A DNA stretch of 62,680 bases, the filler included, from Rhabdomonas costata (lineage: Eukaryota), in assembly GCA_019059605.1 (NCBI GenBank). It is 43 parts of 43 records of this genome, joined end to end, with 100 filler letters (N's around TTAATTAATTAA, not from the genome) between each part and the next. Parts side by side here need not be neighbours in the genome. Positions count along the whole stretch, not along the records: positions 13,200 to 14,566 come from JAHMHO010018068.1; positions 14,667 to 16,033 come from JAHMHO010018069.1; positions 16,134 to 17,498 come from JAHMHO010018070.1; positions 17,599 to 18,965 come from JAHMHO010018071.1; positions 19,066 to 20,433 come from JAHMHO010018072.1; positions 20,534 to 21,900 come from JAHMHO010018073.1; positions 22,001 to 23,366 come from JAHMHO010018074.1; positions 23,467 to 24,831 come from JAHMHO010018075.1; 35 more parts are not named here. One strand, written 5' to 3'. Shown here one piece after another: positions 13,502 to 25,718 of the stretch. The notes under the pieces were generated by a model. The model was not told the origin of the DNA. It did not search any database and saw only the letters and a list, made by a program, of their open reading frames with translations. Every line of letters starts with the position of its first letter. The stretch's first letter is position 1. A program made the position numbers and the translations under genes.

Positions 13502-14254
13502 GTATACCTCTTCGGGCTCACCCCGGGAGTCACCGCGGATGCCACCCGGGCTGTGCTGCAGGGCGTGGTGGGCCACAACCCGGCCAGTATCCGGAACCTT
13601 TCCGTGGGCCACAGCCCGGCCGCGGACCCCTCAGAGGCGCAGTGGTACGCCTTGGTGGAGCTCGCCGTAGACTCCCTAGCCGAGGCAGTGGTGCGGAAGC
13701 TGCACGGCACCTCTTCCGCAGTCTCAGGGCAGAGCAAGCTAAAGGTATGGATGAGTGTGAACAGCTCCATGGGGCAGTGAACGAGCGCAGGTGGTTCCAA
13801 CTTCCCGCGTAACAGGAAGGGGGTGAGGGCCATCGCCCCTTGCCCAATTAATGGTTGGGAGCGCCAGCTGAGGGGTCCCTCAAGTCCCCAGTCATAACAC
13901 ACGTTTGCTGAAATGTCTTTTGAAATGCTTTTCAGCATGTTTGGTGCAGTGGTCGCCATCGAGCTTATTTAAGTTGTCTTTCCTGCAGAGCAGGCACCAC
14001 ACGTCTGACAATAGAGCTAAAGGACCCTCCGTGCGAGCACCCAGGCTGCGCACGTCCTAGATCACGGGCAGCTTTTCTTTTCATCATCGCTCTCTTTCTC
14101 TTGTGCGTGTTTAAATTGAATCTCTGTCATTGATCCCTTGCCTTAGGTTGGACGAGTTCTCCCCGCAGTGATGGCCCCAGGAATGATGGGGATGTACGCC
14201 GCTGCGGCCTTGGCAGCTCAGGCGGCAAACCAGGTCAACGTCGCCGCAGCTCAG
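13502..14254 (+). CDS. RRM-domain protein (RBM5/RBM10-like architecture), exons 13502-13744 and 14147-14254
   Basis: VYLFGL (RNP2)...WYALVEL (RNP1)...AEAVVRKLHG...LK^VGR, followed by Ala-rich AAAALAAQ; canonical AG/GT borders in phase 0. Confidence 0.65.
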
Positions 14255-16211
14255 GTGTGGAACTGACTTGCCATATTTGGGAATTGGCTCGTTTTTGTAA
14301 AAGCCGGATCCAAATTTTGTCTAAATGAATACAGGCCTCTATGGGCCCATCGAAGAACATTTCGATTTTCGGATTTTGCTCAGGATATTAGCAGCGTTGG
14401 GGCATCCGTACTTGTGAAGTGTGGCTGCCCTTTCCTTCAATGCTTCCACTTCCCCTTTTGGCGCTGAGCGGGCGCTTATAGCTCTGTCGAGCACCGAACA
14501 GGTGCCCCTCTCCTGGATTCCCTTCTTGTAATCGCCAACGTTTTCTGCCCCTCCCCCCAACCCAACNNNNNNNNNNNNNNNNNNNNNNNNNNNNNNNNNN
14601 NNNNNNNNNNTTAATTAATTAANNNNNNNNNNNNNNNNNNNNNNNNNNNNNNNNNNNNNNNNNNNNGTTTTTTTGGCAGACATTTTGGCCTTCTGTCTTT
14701 CTTCTTCTTTTGGGGTCCTTTTTTTTCGCTCGAACAAAGAGAAAGAAAACAACAAGAGAGGCCAAATGGGAGGGAAGGGACCTGTGAGCGTGCACAGAAA
14801 AGGCTGGATTTCATATGGACTAAGGTGCAATGGAACTGCTTCCAGCCAGAACAAAACCACACTTAAACTGATGATAGGCTTTTTATTTGGGGGGAGGGGC
14901 GACAATAACAATTACATTTGGTAACCCTGATCACATTTGGAACCGAGTGATCTCGCATAATTGCATCACTCTCTGTCACCAAGCCAGACCCATGTCGATC
15001 TGCGAGTTTTAGGGGGGCAGCTACCAAGCCTTTTGTTCATAAGGCGCAATGCTGCAACCCCAGCCACACAGAGAAGGATACTCCTCAGCTGTACAGCGAA
15101 TTCAAACAGAAGTCAATCAGCCCCCGACAGCAGCGAGATATTCTTCACCACCCCCTCCATCGGACCTAAGCAGAACTGCACCCACGGCAAAACAATAAGA
15201 TAGCCCTAGCTTCCCACCACACTGGCTCGCGGTCTGGCTCGGCGGCCAAGCAGCTTCATGGGTTGCGGAGGGTCAACGCAAAAGAACAGTGTCTCCGGAG
15301 AGAGGGCAAGGGTGCCCCTTCCCGCACCATGGAGAGCGCTGTGAAGCGGGGAAGGGGTGACTTCCATCCGGTGGGTGCTGTGTGGAGGCACATCTGGGTC
15401 AGTGCTGGAGTCACAAGCAGATATCTGAGCAGAAAAAGTTGGCAGTCTACTACAACAGATGCAAAGCGGCCAAAGCGGCCAGACAGTTCACAGACGCAGG
15501 CCGCATCCGTTTCTGAATTTCTCCTTCCTTTTCATCTAACCCCGTCACCCACCGTTCCCCTTCCCCCTCCAACCTGCTCCTTACATTTCTCGTGTGCGTT
15601 CCACCAGTAGCGTTTTCCCACGAAAAAAAGTTGTCCGTTCACGTGTTTATTTTCACATTTGTCAACACAGTGCAGTCCCCGTCACCCAAACCAAACGTTG
15701 CCATTCAGTCTGTTTTTGCGCAGAGCATGCCCCGCTCTGCTGTGCTCTAACCTTAACTGCCGCAGTGCCGCGATTTTTCGGGCACCATCAGTACCAAAAC
15801 GAAGAATAGTGGCTGGCGTGAGGGACGGGATTTTATACAATACGCATCAATCCAAATGAAATCGTCCGGGTACTGAGGGTCCACTCGTGGTGGCCTGGGG
15901 GTAATATCAAATCCAAAGAACCGGAGAGGAGCAGGCTAAGGATTCGCAAGACCTGCAAGGAAAGTGGAAGCCATCGCTGGGTCTGGTCGTTGTGCTGCCA
16001 CAGAGGGGAGTCCAGTTCATCCACCACAAACAANNNNNNNNNNNNNNNNNNNNNNNNNNNNNNNNNNNNNNNNNNNNTTAATTAATTAANNNNNNNNNNN
16101 NNNNNNNNNNNNNNNNNNNNNNNNNNNNNNNNNGTGTTGGGTGTGTGTGGGTGTGGTGTGGGCGTGTGGATACTAGTGCCGAGTTCCCCTGCAGATAGAT
16201 AAAAACCAAAC

Positions 16212-16709
16212 CTCGGCGAGTGGGCTGGTACACATTCATGCGGTTGCTGTGCAGTTTGGTATCAGCCAGGACTCCGGCCGGGAGGGTGGCGGTGGACTGG
16301 ATACCGATCACGCACTCCGAGATGACATTACCCTGTCAGGGAGAAAACCACTGGCTATCCTCTCCGCCTTCTACTAGCCTACCCTCCCATCTTTCAAGAT
16401 AGAAAAAAAGAGAGACATATCATCTTCTATCTCATTACAAAACTCGTCTTCGCCGCGGTGGTGAATAACACCCAGTCCAGCGGTTTGCACAAAATCAGCA
16501 GTTTTTGCCGGTGTGCTACCTATCACATGGATGGAGAGTCCAGCCCGACAGGAAGACGAAAATGTGGGGACCCTGATGTGAAGCACCTGCAAGGAGAGTG
16601 TTGAGCCCCCCTCCAGTTCAAGCCCGGCAATGAAGCAGTGCGAGATAGTGTTGCGAAGAACAACCCCCGTGCTGCCACCGGTGAAGAACAACCCGCTGGC
16701 ACCGCAGTT
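16212..16709 (-). CDS. Right-handed parallel beta-helix (PbH1) repeat protein, exons 16587-16709 and 16212-16332
   Basis: NCGASGLFFTGGSTGVVLRNTISHCFIAGLELEGGSTLSLQ^GNVISECVIGI shows N-x-I-x-x-C-x-x-G periodicity; in-phase GT-AG intron. Confidence 0.7.
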
Positions 16710-17859
16710 CTGCAAAGAAAAAACTACCCCCGTCGGCCAATCCCCAAAATTGAATATTGAATAGCCTGCAAAGGCTGCCCAACGCACATACAGTATAACG
16801 AAAAACGGAAACAGCACACCAAGTCGACTATTTTGTTTTTTAAGTGTCGCGTTCCGCCATAGGGGGGATGAGTGGATGTGGACGGAGCCGCTAGTTCAGA
16901 GATTTGTGATTGAAGGGATGTTGCCGCAGAACCTCTCGATTGTGTTTGGGGGTCGGTTGTTGGGTGATGTGCGGTTTACTGCGATGATTTGTGCATTTGC
17001 ACTACGCCTTTGTTTTCAAATATATGGGGGGCACTCTCTCGCAGCCGGTTTTTTGCGGGCTACTTTCAGTCCTTTTCTGTCTCAACGACACTCCTTGTTG
17101 TTTTGCATCAGATGGTGATTTGTGAGCTGCTCTGAGGATGGCTGAAGGATCCTTATGGCTGTCAATGAAAAATGCTTCGTAACTTTTTGGTAACACGAGA
17201 TTTAGCAGTACGCATTGACTTGTAGGGAGGTGCACCTTCGCGCAAGTTCAGTTTTGTAAAAAAGATCGCGCCGTGGTTAAAAAAGTGACTGCTTCGTTAA
17301 TGTTAACGGTTTCCATATTTTTACATGCCTACAGTGCATGATGTTTGAAGGCCGCTCAGCATTCTTTTAGGTGGGCCGAGTCTTCATTGTGTATTTCGTG
17401 ATGCGCTTTTTCTGGAGGATCGAGATCGTGTGTTGTCTTTCGAATTGCGCGTTTGTAGCATCATGGGGTCGCTCGTCAGTAGATACCCCCCCCACCCCNN
17501 NNNNNNNNNNNNNNNNNNNNNNNNNNNNNNNNNNNNNNNNNNTTAATTAATTAANNNNNNNNNNNNNNNNNNNNNNNNNNNNNNNNNNNNNNNNNNNNAG
17601 GGTAAGGGGTAATCGAAGTCTTTTTCGCTCGCTATCTCTTTCTCGGGTGTCGTGGATGGTTGTGTGCCTGCAGTCGAAAGCCCTCCCATAGGACCCGCTG
17701 TTTCCGCCTCCCATCTACCATCTAGAGTGCGACGGAGCCCTCTGAAGTGTGTGATTGCTTTCGAGTTTACACACACGCGAGCGCGCGCAAAGGCAAGAAA
17801 CAACTGGGGACTTGAGAAACCACCATGCGAGGCACGAGCATCAGTGGGGAGCGCAGGAG

Positions 17860-18300
17860 TCACGACCGTAGGGAGTAGAAGGAGTGAATGCCCGTAGCCG
17901 TGTAGCGGTGGAGGGCATGAACCACCATACATAGGGAGTGAGGGAGCGTAGTCTCCCTCACGACCAGCAAAGAACATCTTGGGGGCCCCATGACTCACGA
18001 ACGCAGTGAGGGAGGCATGGGGTGTCAGGACATACATGCATTAAGGATGGAGGCATGGCCGTAGCGCAGCGTAAGAACGAGGAGTGCAGCGACGAGTGAC
18101 AGTATACCCCTCACATTTAGGAGGAACGAGCGCAGCGAGTGACGACATCAAAACATCGTGGGGGCCCCATGACATCGACCGTAGGGAGATGGCATGGGGT
18201 ATCAGCATCTTCTCTTACATCCATTAGGGGCCCCACGAGCCATCAGCGAGTGGGGATAGTAGGAAGGATGGCATCGAGCATAGCGAGATGACATCCTGAC
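17860..18300 (+). repeat. Cluster of nested DNA hairpins capped by the GA-XC-GNA-GX'-GA motif
   Basis: GACCGTAGGGA 17864 and 18177, GAACGCAGTGA 17999, GAGCGCAGCGA 18128, variants GAGTGCAGCGA 18082 and GAGCATAGCGA 18276. Several sit inside longer stems (CCCCATG..CATGGGG, AGGATG-CATC..GATG-CATCCT). Confidence 0.85.
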
Positions 18301-19536
18301 AAGAACATCCATTAGGGATACGTGTCACTTCACTCTCATGATGGTCCCTTCATCCCTCAGGGCCCATCATGTTCGTTCCGTCCTGGCGTAGCCACAGGAA
18401 GAGAATACAGGTAAAGGTGAAGGTCACGGAGGCATGAGTCACGCAGTGGGTCATGCCGAAGTAGAGGTAAAGACACGAAGCGAAGCGGAGTAGAGGATAG
18501 AGACAAAGCTGGTAGGAATGCTAACATCAACCCTCTCACCTCACCACAAAACTCAAGGCCTCGAAACACCAGCATCATTCACTCCCTCACTTCCACACAA
18601 GCACTCAAGAAGCAGTGGTGACAGAAACAGCAGCAAGGACAACAGGAGGGTCAGAATTCCACACGTCAACCCACACGTCAACCAACTCAGAAGGCAGCAA
18701 GGCATCACAAACACACACCGTAACACAAGCACTGGTAGAGAGCATGGTTGAAGCACAAGGACTGGAGACAGAAACGCTGGAGACAGAAACGAAGGAATGC
18801 AGAAAGGCATCGGAGTCAACATACGCATAAACAACACAGGAATTACCAGCACAGGAGCCACCAACGCAAGATCCACGCATCGTCACACCCTCCAACTCAG
18901 CATCCACACTCACCCTCTGACTCAGCTTGACATCGACACCCTTACAACCAACGCTCGAGACACCANNNNNNNNNNNNNNNNNNNNNNNNNNNNNNNNNNN
19001 NNNNNNNNNTTAATTAATTAANNNNNNNNNNNNNNNNNNNNNNNNNNNNNNNNNNNNNNNNNNNNAGACAGTCAGCTCACCTCCCACGCCATGATCGGGT
19101 TCAGCTGTAGGGTTTGAGTGACGTTGCATCACCGGTCACCTTACGCCTTACCTCATCAAGGGGCTGGTGTACGCTATAGCCTAGCATCCATCACTAGGTC
19201 TTTCATCTGACGCCCAGATACGCCAGGTATCTCACTGTGACTCCCCACGCATAGGGTCCACGTAACACGTATTTCCAGGCGAACCTGATGACAACGTAGA
19301 TCGTGCGCCTCAGCTCAACTTCACCATATGCGTCCATTGGTTACTGGCCTCGTGAGCAACGTCCTTGTTGTATTCGTGTGTGAGTAGAGTGTAGTTGGTG
19401 TCTGTGATCGTCTCGGTCGTCTCACAGCTCGGTAGGACCCGGCCTTGCCTGTCGGTCAACATGCCTGTGACTGTGGATCGCCCTCCCTTCCTTAATGTTG
19501 GCCTTCCAACGCTGGAAATCCCGAAGGAAATCCTAG

Positions 19537-19712
19537 AACCCGAATGCTGAACCCAACCTCCGAAGAGGAACCCCGAATACCGAACCCAAATACCCACGAA
19601 CTCCGATACCCCAACATCCTCGACTCGCAGACACGCATGAAAGCCTCAAACCCCAAACTCAGAACCCGAACCCAGAACTCAGAAATCCCCAACCCAAAGC
19701 CCAGAAACCAAA
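19537..19712 (+). repeat. Degenerate AACCC(G/A)/GAACYC short-unit array
   Basis: Many imperfect GAACCC/AACCCA/AACTCA units with strong A+C skew. Confidence 0.6.
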
Positions 19713-22700
19713 AACACTAAAAGGGTGCAGGAAAGGTGGACCTAAAAAATCGTTTCCCTGCGGCGCCAGAACTTAAATAACGACACGAAAAATGACGCCA
19801 GGGGTATCCACCTCCACCACCTCGGGATACGGGTGCACCTGGGCCCACCTACCTGCACCCCTGAGACCCCTGACACCTAGGGGGGACCTCGAGAGAGATG
19901 AAGGCTAAGACCAGAAGATGCCCACATGCATGCCACTACCATCCCTACCCCTAAATGCCAACAGAGGGAAATGAGGGGTTTGAGGGTGGCTGGGGACCTC
20001 CATGACCCCAGGATACAAGACCACATAGATGCACCTACCTGCATAGGTCAGTGCGGCCGGAGCAGTGCATTTTTGAAGCAAACACAAATGTGAGCACCCA
20101 ACTCGGCACCCAACTTAGTTTCGTACCTCACTCCTTAACATCTCTAGACTGCTCAACGACGTTTGATGGAGCCTGGACTCAAGATCTGATTGCGGACTAT
20201 TCTGATATCGAAAATCGAAACGGAGTCACGGCAAGCGACCATTATGTTTCCTGTTCCGTCAGATCTTGCGATGATCTTCGGAGAGGACATTCAGCTTCAC
20301 TCGATCGTCTCTGTCAACGGGCTGATCGCTGGGATTCATCGCAACCCAACGAAGGTGCCGAATGTTTGTGCCATCCTTTGTTTTGTTGGTATTACGTGTT
20401 CTTCTATCCGGGATTGCAGGCAGTCTAACAAAANNNNNNNNNNNNNNNNNNNNNNNNNNNNNNNNNNNNNNNNNNNNTTAATTAATTAANNNNNNNNNNN
20501 NNNNNNNNNNNNNNNNNNNNNNNNNNNNNNNNNGTGTTGGGTGTGGTTGGTGGTTGTGGTGGATCGATGTCTTGAGCGGGTGGCGGAGCAGAGGCGTGAT
20601 TATCCTGGTTGGGCAACGAGACGCGCTCAGGAGGTGAAGGAGGAGGTGACACGGAGGAGGATGTGAAGATGGTAATCGGGTTCACCAAAAAGGAAGCGGC
20701 GGCTTTCTTTACAGTGGTCCTTCCCGTTTCTTTCCAACCTGGGTCCCATCTCGACGAGGTCCAGGTGAACAAAATAACCACGCCATTTCAAGATGAACAT
20801 TCGATTGACAAATACTGTAAAGCTAAGAGGAAGCCGAGAAGACGACCAAACAATACAGGCATACGGTGTCGAGTGTCCAGTTCCCCGCGATCTCACGCGC
20901 GGGCTCGGCGGCCTCGTCAGCTTCATCTACCGATTGATCACACTGATCACGCTGGACAAGTTTTGCGTACAGGCCGCACGCGTTGGTGTATAACTCGGAA
21001 CATTCTGCAACAGATCGAGGAAGATAACCATCACCAGACATCAAAAATACAAACCATTTGGTAAAAGTACAGCAATTCACGATCCATGCGGTAGCCTTGG
21101 ATTGCGTTCATTTCGGGTGGGTAGTCCGGGTAACGCGGGTCTCCGGTGTCCCAGGAGGGTAACTTGCTCCGATACTACCTCCATGGTGAACTGGAATGAA
21201 GAACGATCGGCATTTATTTGAATAGAGATCTATCATGCTTTCTTGCGCACATGTGCCATGACTGCACCATGAATACTTTCCGCATCGTCGGTTTTTGTTA
21301 AGGTCGAACAAAGCGATTCCAGCCTGAAGTCCTCATACCGGAGTCCCATTGGTCCCGGATGTCGTGCGCCAGGAAGAGGTCAGCGGGGTCAGCGGGTTCC
21401 TGTCGAGCCCTTTGCATCGCCTCCGGCGTGAGAAGCCCAACCCTCTCCATCCATTGGTTGCAGCTGACGAGAACACGACAGAGTTGCCGAGCATCGCTTC
21501 CGGCAAGGGCACATTGAAGCTGTTCCTTGAGCCGATGAGCTTGCACAGCTGCCGCCCAAACCCAAAAGGAAAACGCAGACCAAAACGCTTTGAAGCCAGA
21601 CTCACTGCTGTCGCGGGGTTCAGCTGGAGATGCAGGAGTTGCACATGTCGGGAGTCAGGCCAATGTAACGGTCCCCTTTTCATGCCTGATCACAAGCGTT
21701 TAAAAGTGTTTACAAACGAAGTTGGGGCTCCAAAATCACCAAGTCGGCAAAGCAGGAAGCCTACACAGCTCAAAAGCCACAAAAAACCTAAAACAACCTG
21801 CAAAACTGTTCCCAAATATTTATCCATTGTTGCAAGGATCTTTGACCGTCACCTTGTGGCAATGGTTCTGGCTGCACAGTTCTTACGTTAACCAACAACC
21901 NNNNNNNNNNNNNNNNNNNNNNNNNNNNNNNNNNNNNNNNNNNNTTAATTAATTAANNNNNNNNNNNNNNNNNNNNNNNNNNNNNNNNNNNNNNNNNNNN
22001 TTAGCTTCTACCCACCACCTCCACCACCACCACCACCGTAATTCGTGGCGCCCCCAACCCACTCCCTCGAACGGCCTCCCTTTCCGCTCCACACGTACCG
22101 CACGCTGTCAGTACCTCCGGGGGTTTGCGGGGAAGGGTACAGCTGCCCGCCCCCCGAGTGGAGGGCCCCTGCAGAGTGGCGATTCAGGGGACTATGGACC
22201 GATGCTCCGCGCTGGGGAGCCAGGGCGTGCTTGTGACTATGTCTGGAGAGGCGAGGCCAGAGTTGAGCTTTGTGGAGACCCAAAGCAGCGATCGGAAGGA
22301 GAGGGCTGTGGTTTGGTGGTGGGTTGGGGAAACCTCAATTATTTTTCTGGGCGCTTTTACCCTTTTGGAGCTTGTGTAACGGGCGCTCCGGAAGTGGCAG
22401 GCTATAAAATTTGCCGAGTGGAATGTTTTAGGGCCAACCCCTGTGCCAGGAGTCCGCTGAATTGCATTGCAATTGCAATGAAACAGGAATCACAGGAACC
22501 ACAGGAATCGCAGTTCTTGTAAAAACAAACGGTGTGTAAGACAGCCCTCTGAAAGGGTTGTCATAAAGAGGGGTCCTTCTTTGGAATGGTTATTTAGCAG
22601 GACACCTAAAACGGTCTTTGGGAGCTATTGACTTTGTGCACCGGAATGACCGTGGTAAAGCACATGCAGAGTTCCCCTCCCCACACACCTTATAACACAC

Positions 22701-24952
22701 TTCAACCGTACGTCAAGCCAGCACCTAGCATCAAGAGCCGCTCTACATCCCTCCGCTGCCCGAGACGTACACGAAAGAATACTTCACTTTCTTACCGTTT
22801 CGGACCCGTTTTTTGGAACCAAAAGTTGCGAAAAAGTTTGTGAAAGAGCTGCGCTCACCAGTAAATTTTGTGTGTTTGCGTCTGGGTGGTGGGCCTTCAT
22901 ACCCAACACCGCACCACGGGCCCCCTCCCAAAGCAGAGGCACCCAAGCCCTGGCCTTCCCCAAGGCCGCCCTCGCCGCGCCAGACGCCCCGCTTCGGGTG
23001 AAGTTCCGGCTTCCCCTTTTTGTGGACGGAGATGCGCTCTGGTTCACTGAGGGACCTGAGATCCCGCTTCCTATTCCCCGAGGGCCCTCATACCGAGTCG
23101 GCGCCCGGTCTGGTGAAATTGAGGTGAGGGCCCCAGAGTGCCCTGGGGTGTATTCCCTTGTGTACGCCACCCCATTTAGGAATGGCGCGGTGCGAGTGGG
23201 GGTGACTCGAGTGGAGGTGTTTGTGTCTGCAATGGCCATGTCACGCGAGACGAGCGTGACGGAGGCTCTGCCACTGGCCCCGCGATCCTTTCCTGCAGTG
23301 GTGGAGCAGCCCTGTCCTTCGGATCAATGCTCATCTGCCTCCTCAGGTGGAGCCCCCTCCCCCCCCNNNNNNNNNNNNNNNNNNNNNNNNNNNNNNNNNN
23401 NNNNNNNNNNTTAATTAATTAANNNNNNNNNNNNNNNNNNNNNNNNNNNNNNNNNNNNNNNNNNNNTTGGGGGTGTTGAGCACGCAAATTTATGGTGGAA
23501 GTTGGTGGTGGTGGGGGGTGCGACGGTTACCAGTGGTAACAATTTTAACTAGGGGAGAATATTTTAAAATGTTGTTAATGGCCCCCCCACCAGGTCCCGT
23601 CCCTACCCCAGCCGTCCGCTCCGACCACGGCGCGAACTGGCCTTCGCCCATAAACTAATAAATGAACCAGTACACAGTTCAATGGAGCTGACACGTGCAA
23701 CGACGGCAAAAATGAATCAAAAACGTTAAATTGCCCCAATTGCGGCGGACTTTCAGGTGTTGATCCCCAAATCTCAGATGAGGCCCGGTACGGCACTTCC
23801 AAGCAAGCTAAGTGCACTCAACCACAACATTGACCGGAAAAGATCTGGTATCACCTCTCCAGCCTCGGATTCAAGAACACACACAAAGATCACGAAACCA
23901 GGAAAGGTTGGTGGCTGCCGCTCGCCAACGCCGGAGGCCGATCAGGAGGTTTTTGCGTAAATTTCATCATCAGATGAAAAATCAGCAAGCACACAATTGG
24001 AGATTTACATGACATAAAATCACAAAGGTAAAAATCCAATGGCGCGTACACATACGGGCTGTTCAGTAGTTCGCAGAAGGGCGGCGCTAGAAAGATCGAT
24101 TTAAATCATCAGGCCAAAGGCGAGTTTTCCGTAACAAACGCACTGCGAGTGAAAGCAGGAGACATATTATCTGAAAAGAGCTCGGGTGTAGCCTGGGTAT
24201 GCGTTGTTCAGGACGAACCCGACAACAGGAAAACACGGCTTAGGAAAGCAGGTGGCGACAAGGCAAAGCCGAAATCAAAGGTAAAGTACAAGCGACCAAA
24301 AAGTACACCTACAAGTCGACGAAATTTTTCCAGCGTGGAGCGAGGAGCGCCCAGTTGGAGAGCATTAGAGACCGAAGCTCCGGTGGAAAGGAAAAACATC
24401 TGCCTGCGGGAAAGAAGGCTGAATGAAACCCGTATGGACTACATAAACGGAGGAAGTGATTGCGGCAATGCCTCCATCCCCCCTATACAGCCTCAGCTTA
24501 GTCGCAGATGGTGCGGCACGCCGGTGGGTTGCACACATTGGATAAAGTCAGCACGCAGACTGTGCAGGTGGTGAAGACGTTTATTCTGTTGTTCCTCCGT
24601 GTGGGATGGGTGGAAGTTACGGCTCACTTGGACAACAAGACGCAGGTTGCTTCCAGCACGGTCCTCAAGGACGAAAGCATTCTCCGCCAGGTATTGAAGA
24701 TGCGCTGTGCCTTTTGCATGCATAGAGGGCAAGCGTGAGGTCTAAGTATTGGCTTGCGCCATTAAAGAATTAGTATAATGATTCCAGAAGTGAGGGAAAA
24801 TACCTCGACATGTTTTTGTTGAACCACAAACNNNNNNNNNNNNNNNNNNNNNNNNNNNNNNNNNNNNNNNNNNNNTTAATTAATTAANNNNNNNNNNNNN
24901 NNNNNNNNNNNNNNNNNNNNNNNNNNNNNNNTTTGTTTGTGACCAGCATGTG

Positions 24953-25718
24953 GGAAAGCACTTCTCCCCGGAGCTGCGGGACTTGCTTTCCCACATGCTG
25001 GTCGCAAACCCTAACCGCCGCTACACTCTGGAGGACATCGTGCGTCACCCTTGGTACTGCCCTTTGGGCCTTTTTGAGTGGCCACCCGGTTCCTCGTCCT
25101 TTCTTTATGGCCGCCATTGCTTATTTCTCCTACGCTGTACAACGTACAGCGCGACAGTCGCGACCAACCCCGGATGCCTTTTTATCGTTTTTTTCTGGAC
25201 CGGTTGAGGCTTGGGGCGTCGCCGTTTTGTTTGAAGCCCTGCAAGAGTTTTCTTGCGAGCGAAAGAGGAGAGAAAGATGTGAAAGCACAAGCGCACTCCT
25301 CGATTTTACCGCATGGAACCAATAAGAAGTCCAGCCAGTGTGCTTGTGGTGCAGCTCTGGAATGCATCCCTGAAAGACATCCGTACTGTGGGGGGCTCTC
25401 TTGTTCATCCTCTCCCTCTGTGAAACCTTTTTTCAAACGCCCTCCTCGGGCGCCCACGCCCCTGTATCTTTGTTGTCCTCTGAGCACTGCCGAAGGATGG
25501 AACCATCCTTAAATCTCCGTCACTGTTGCACCTGTTTAAGGGCATTTTGGGTCCTCTCTCTCTCTTTGAGGCGCAAATAAATCCGACACGGTGTCCATTC
25601 CATCTTCGCCAGGATGCAGCCCATGCCGGAGGCGGAGCTGGAGTATGTGCGGCAGTTCAACCCGGACATGGCAACCGCGGCGGAAATGGATGAGGCCATT
25701 GAGCCCGTGGCCGAGGAG
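24953..25718 (+). CDS. Ser/Thr kinase (CAMK/AMPK-like), subdomain XI plus following exon; exons ~24953-25053 and 25613-25718
   Basis: FSPELRDLLSHMLVANPNRRYTLEDIVRHPW (L..ML..NP..R....I..HPW); the Trp codon is split TG|GT...AG|G in phase. Confidence 0.85.
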
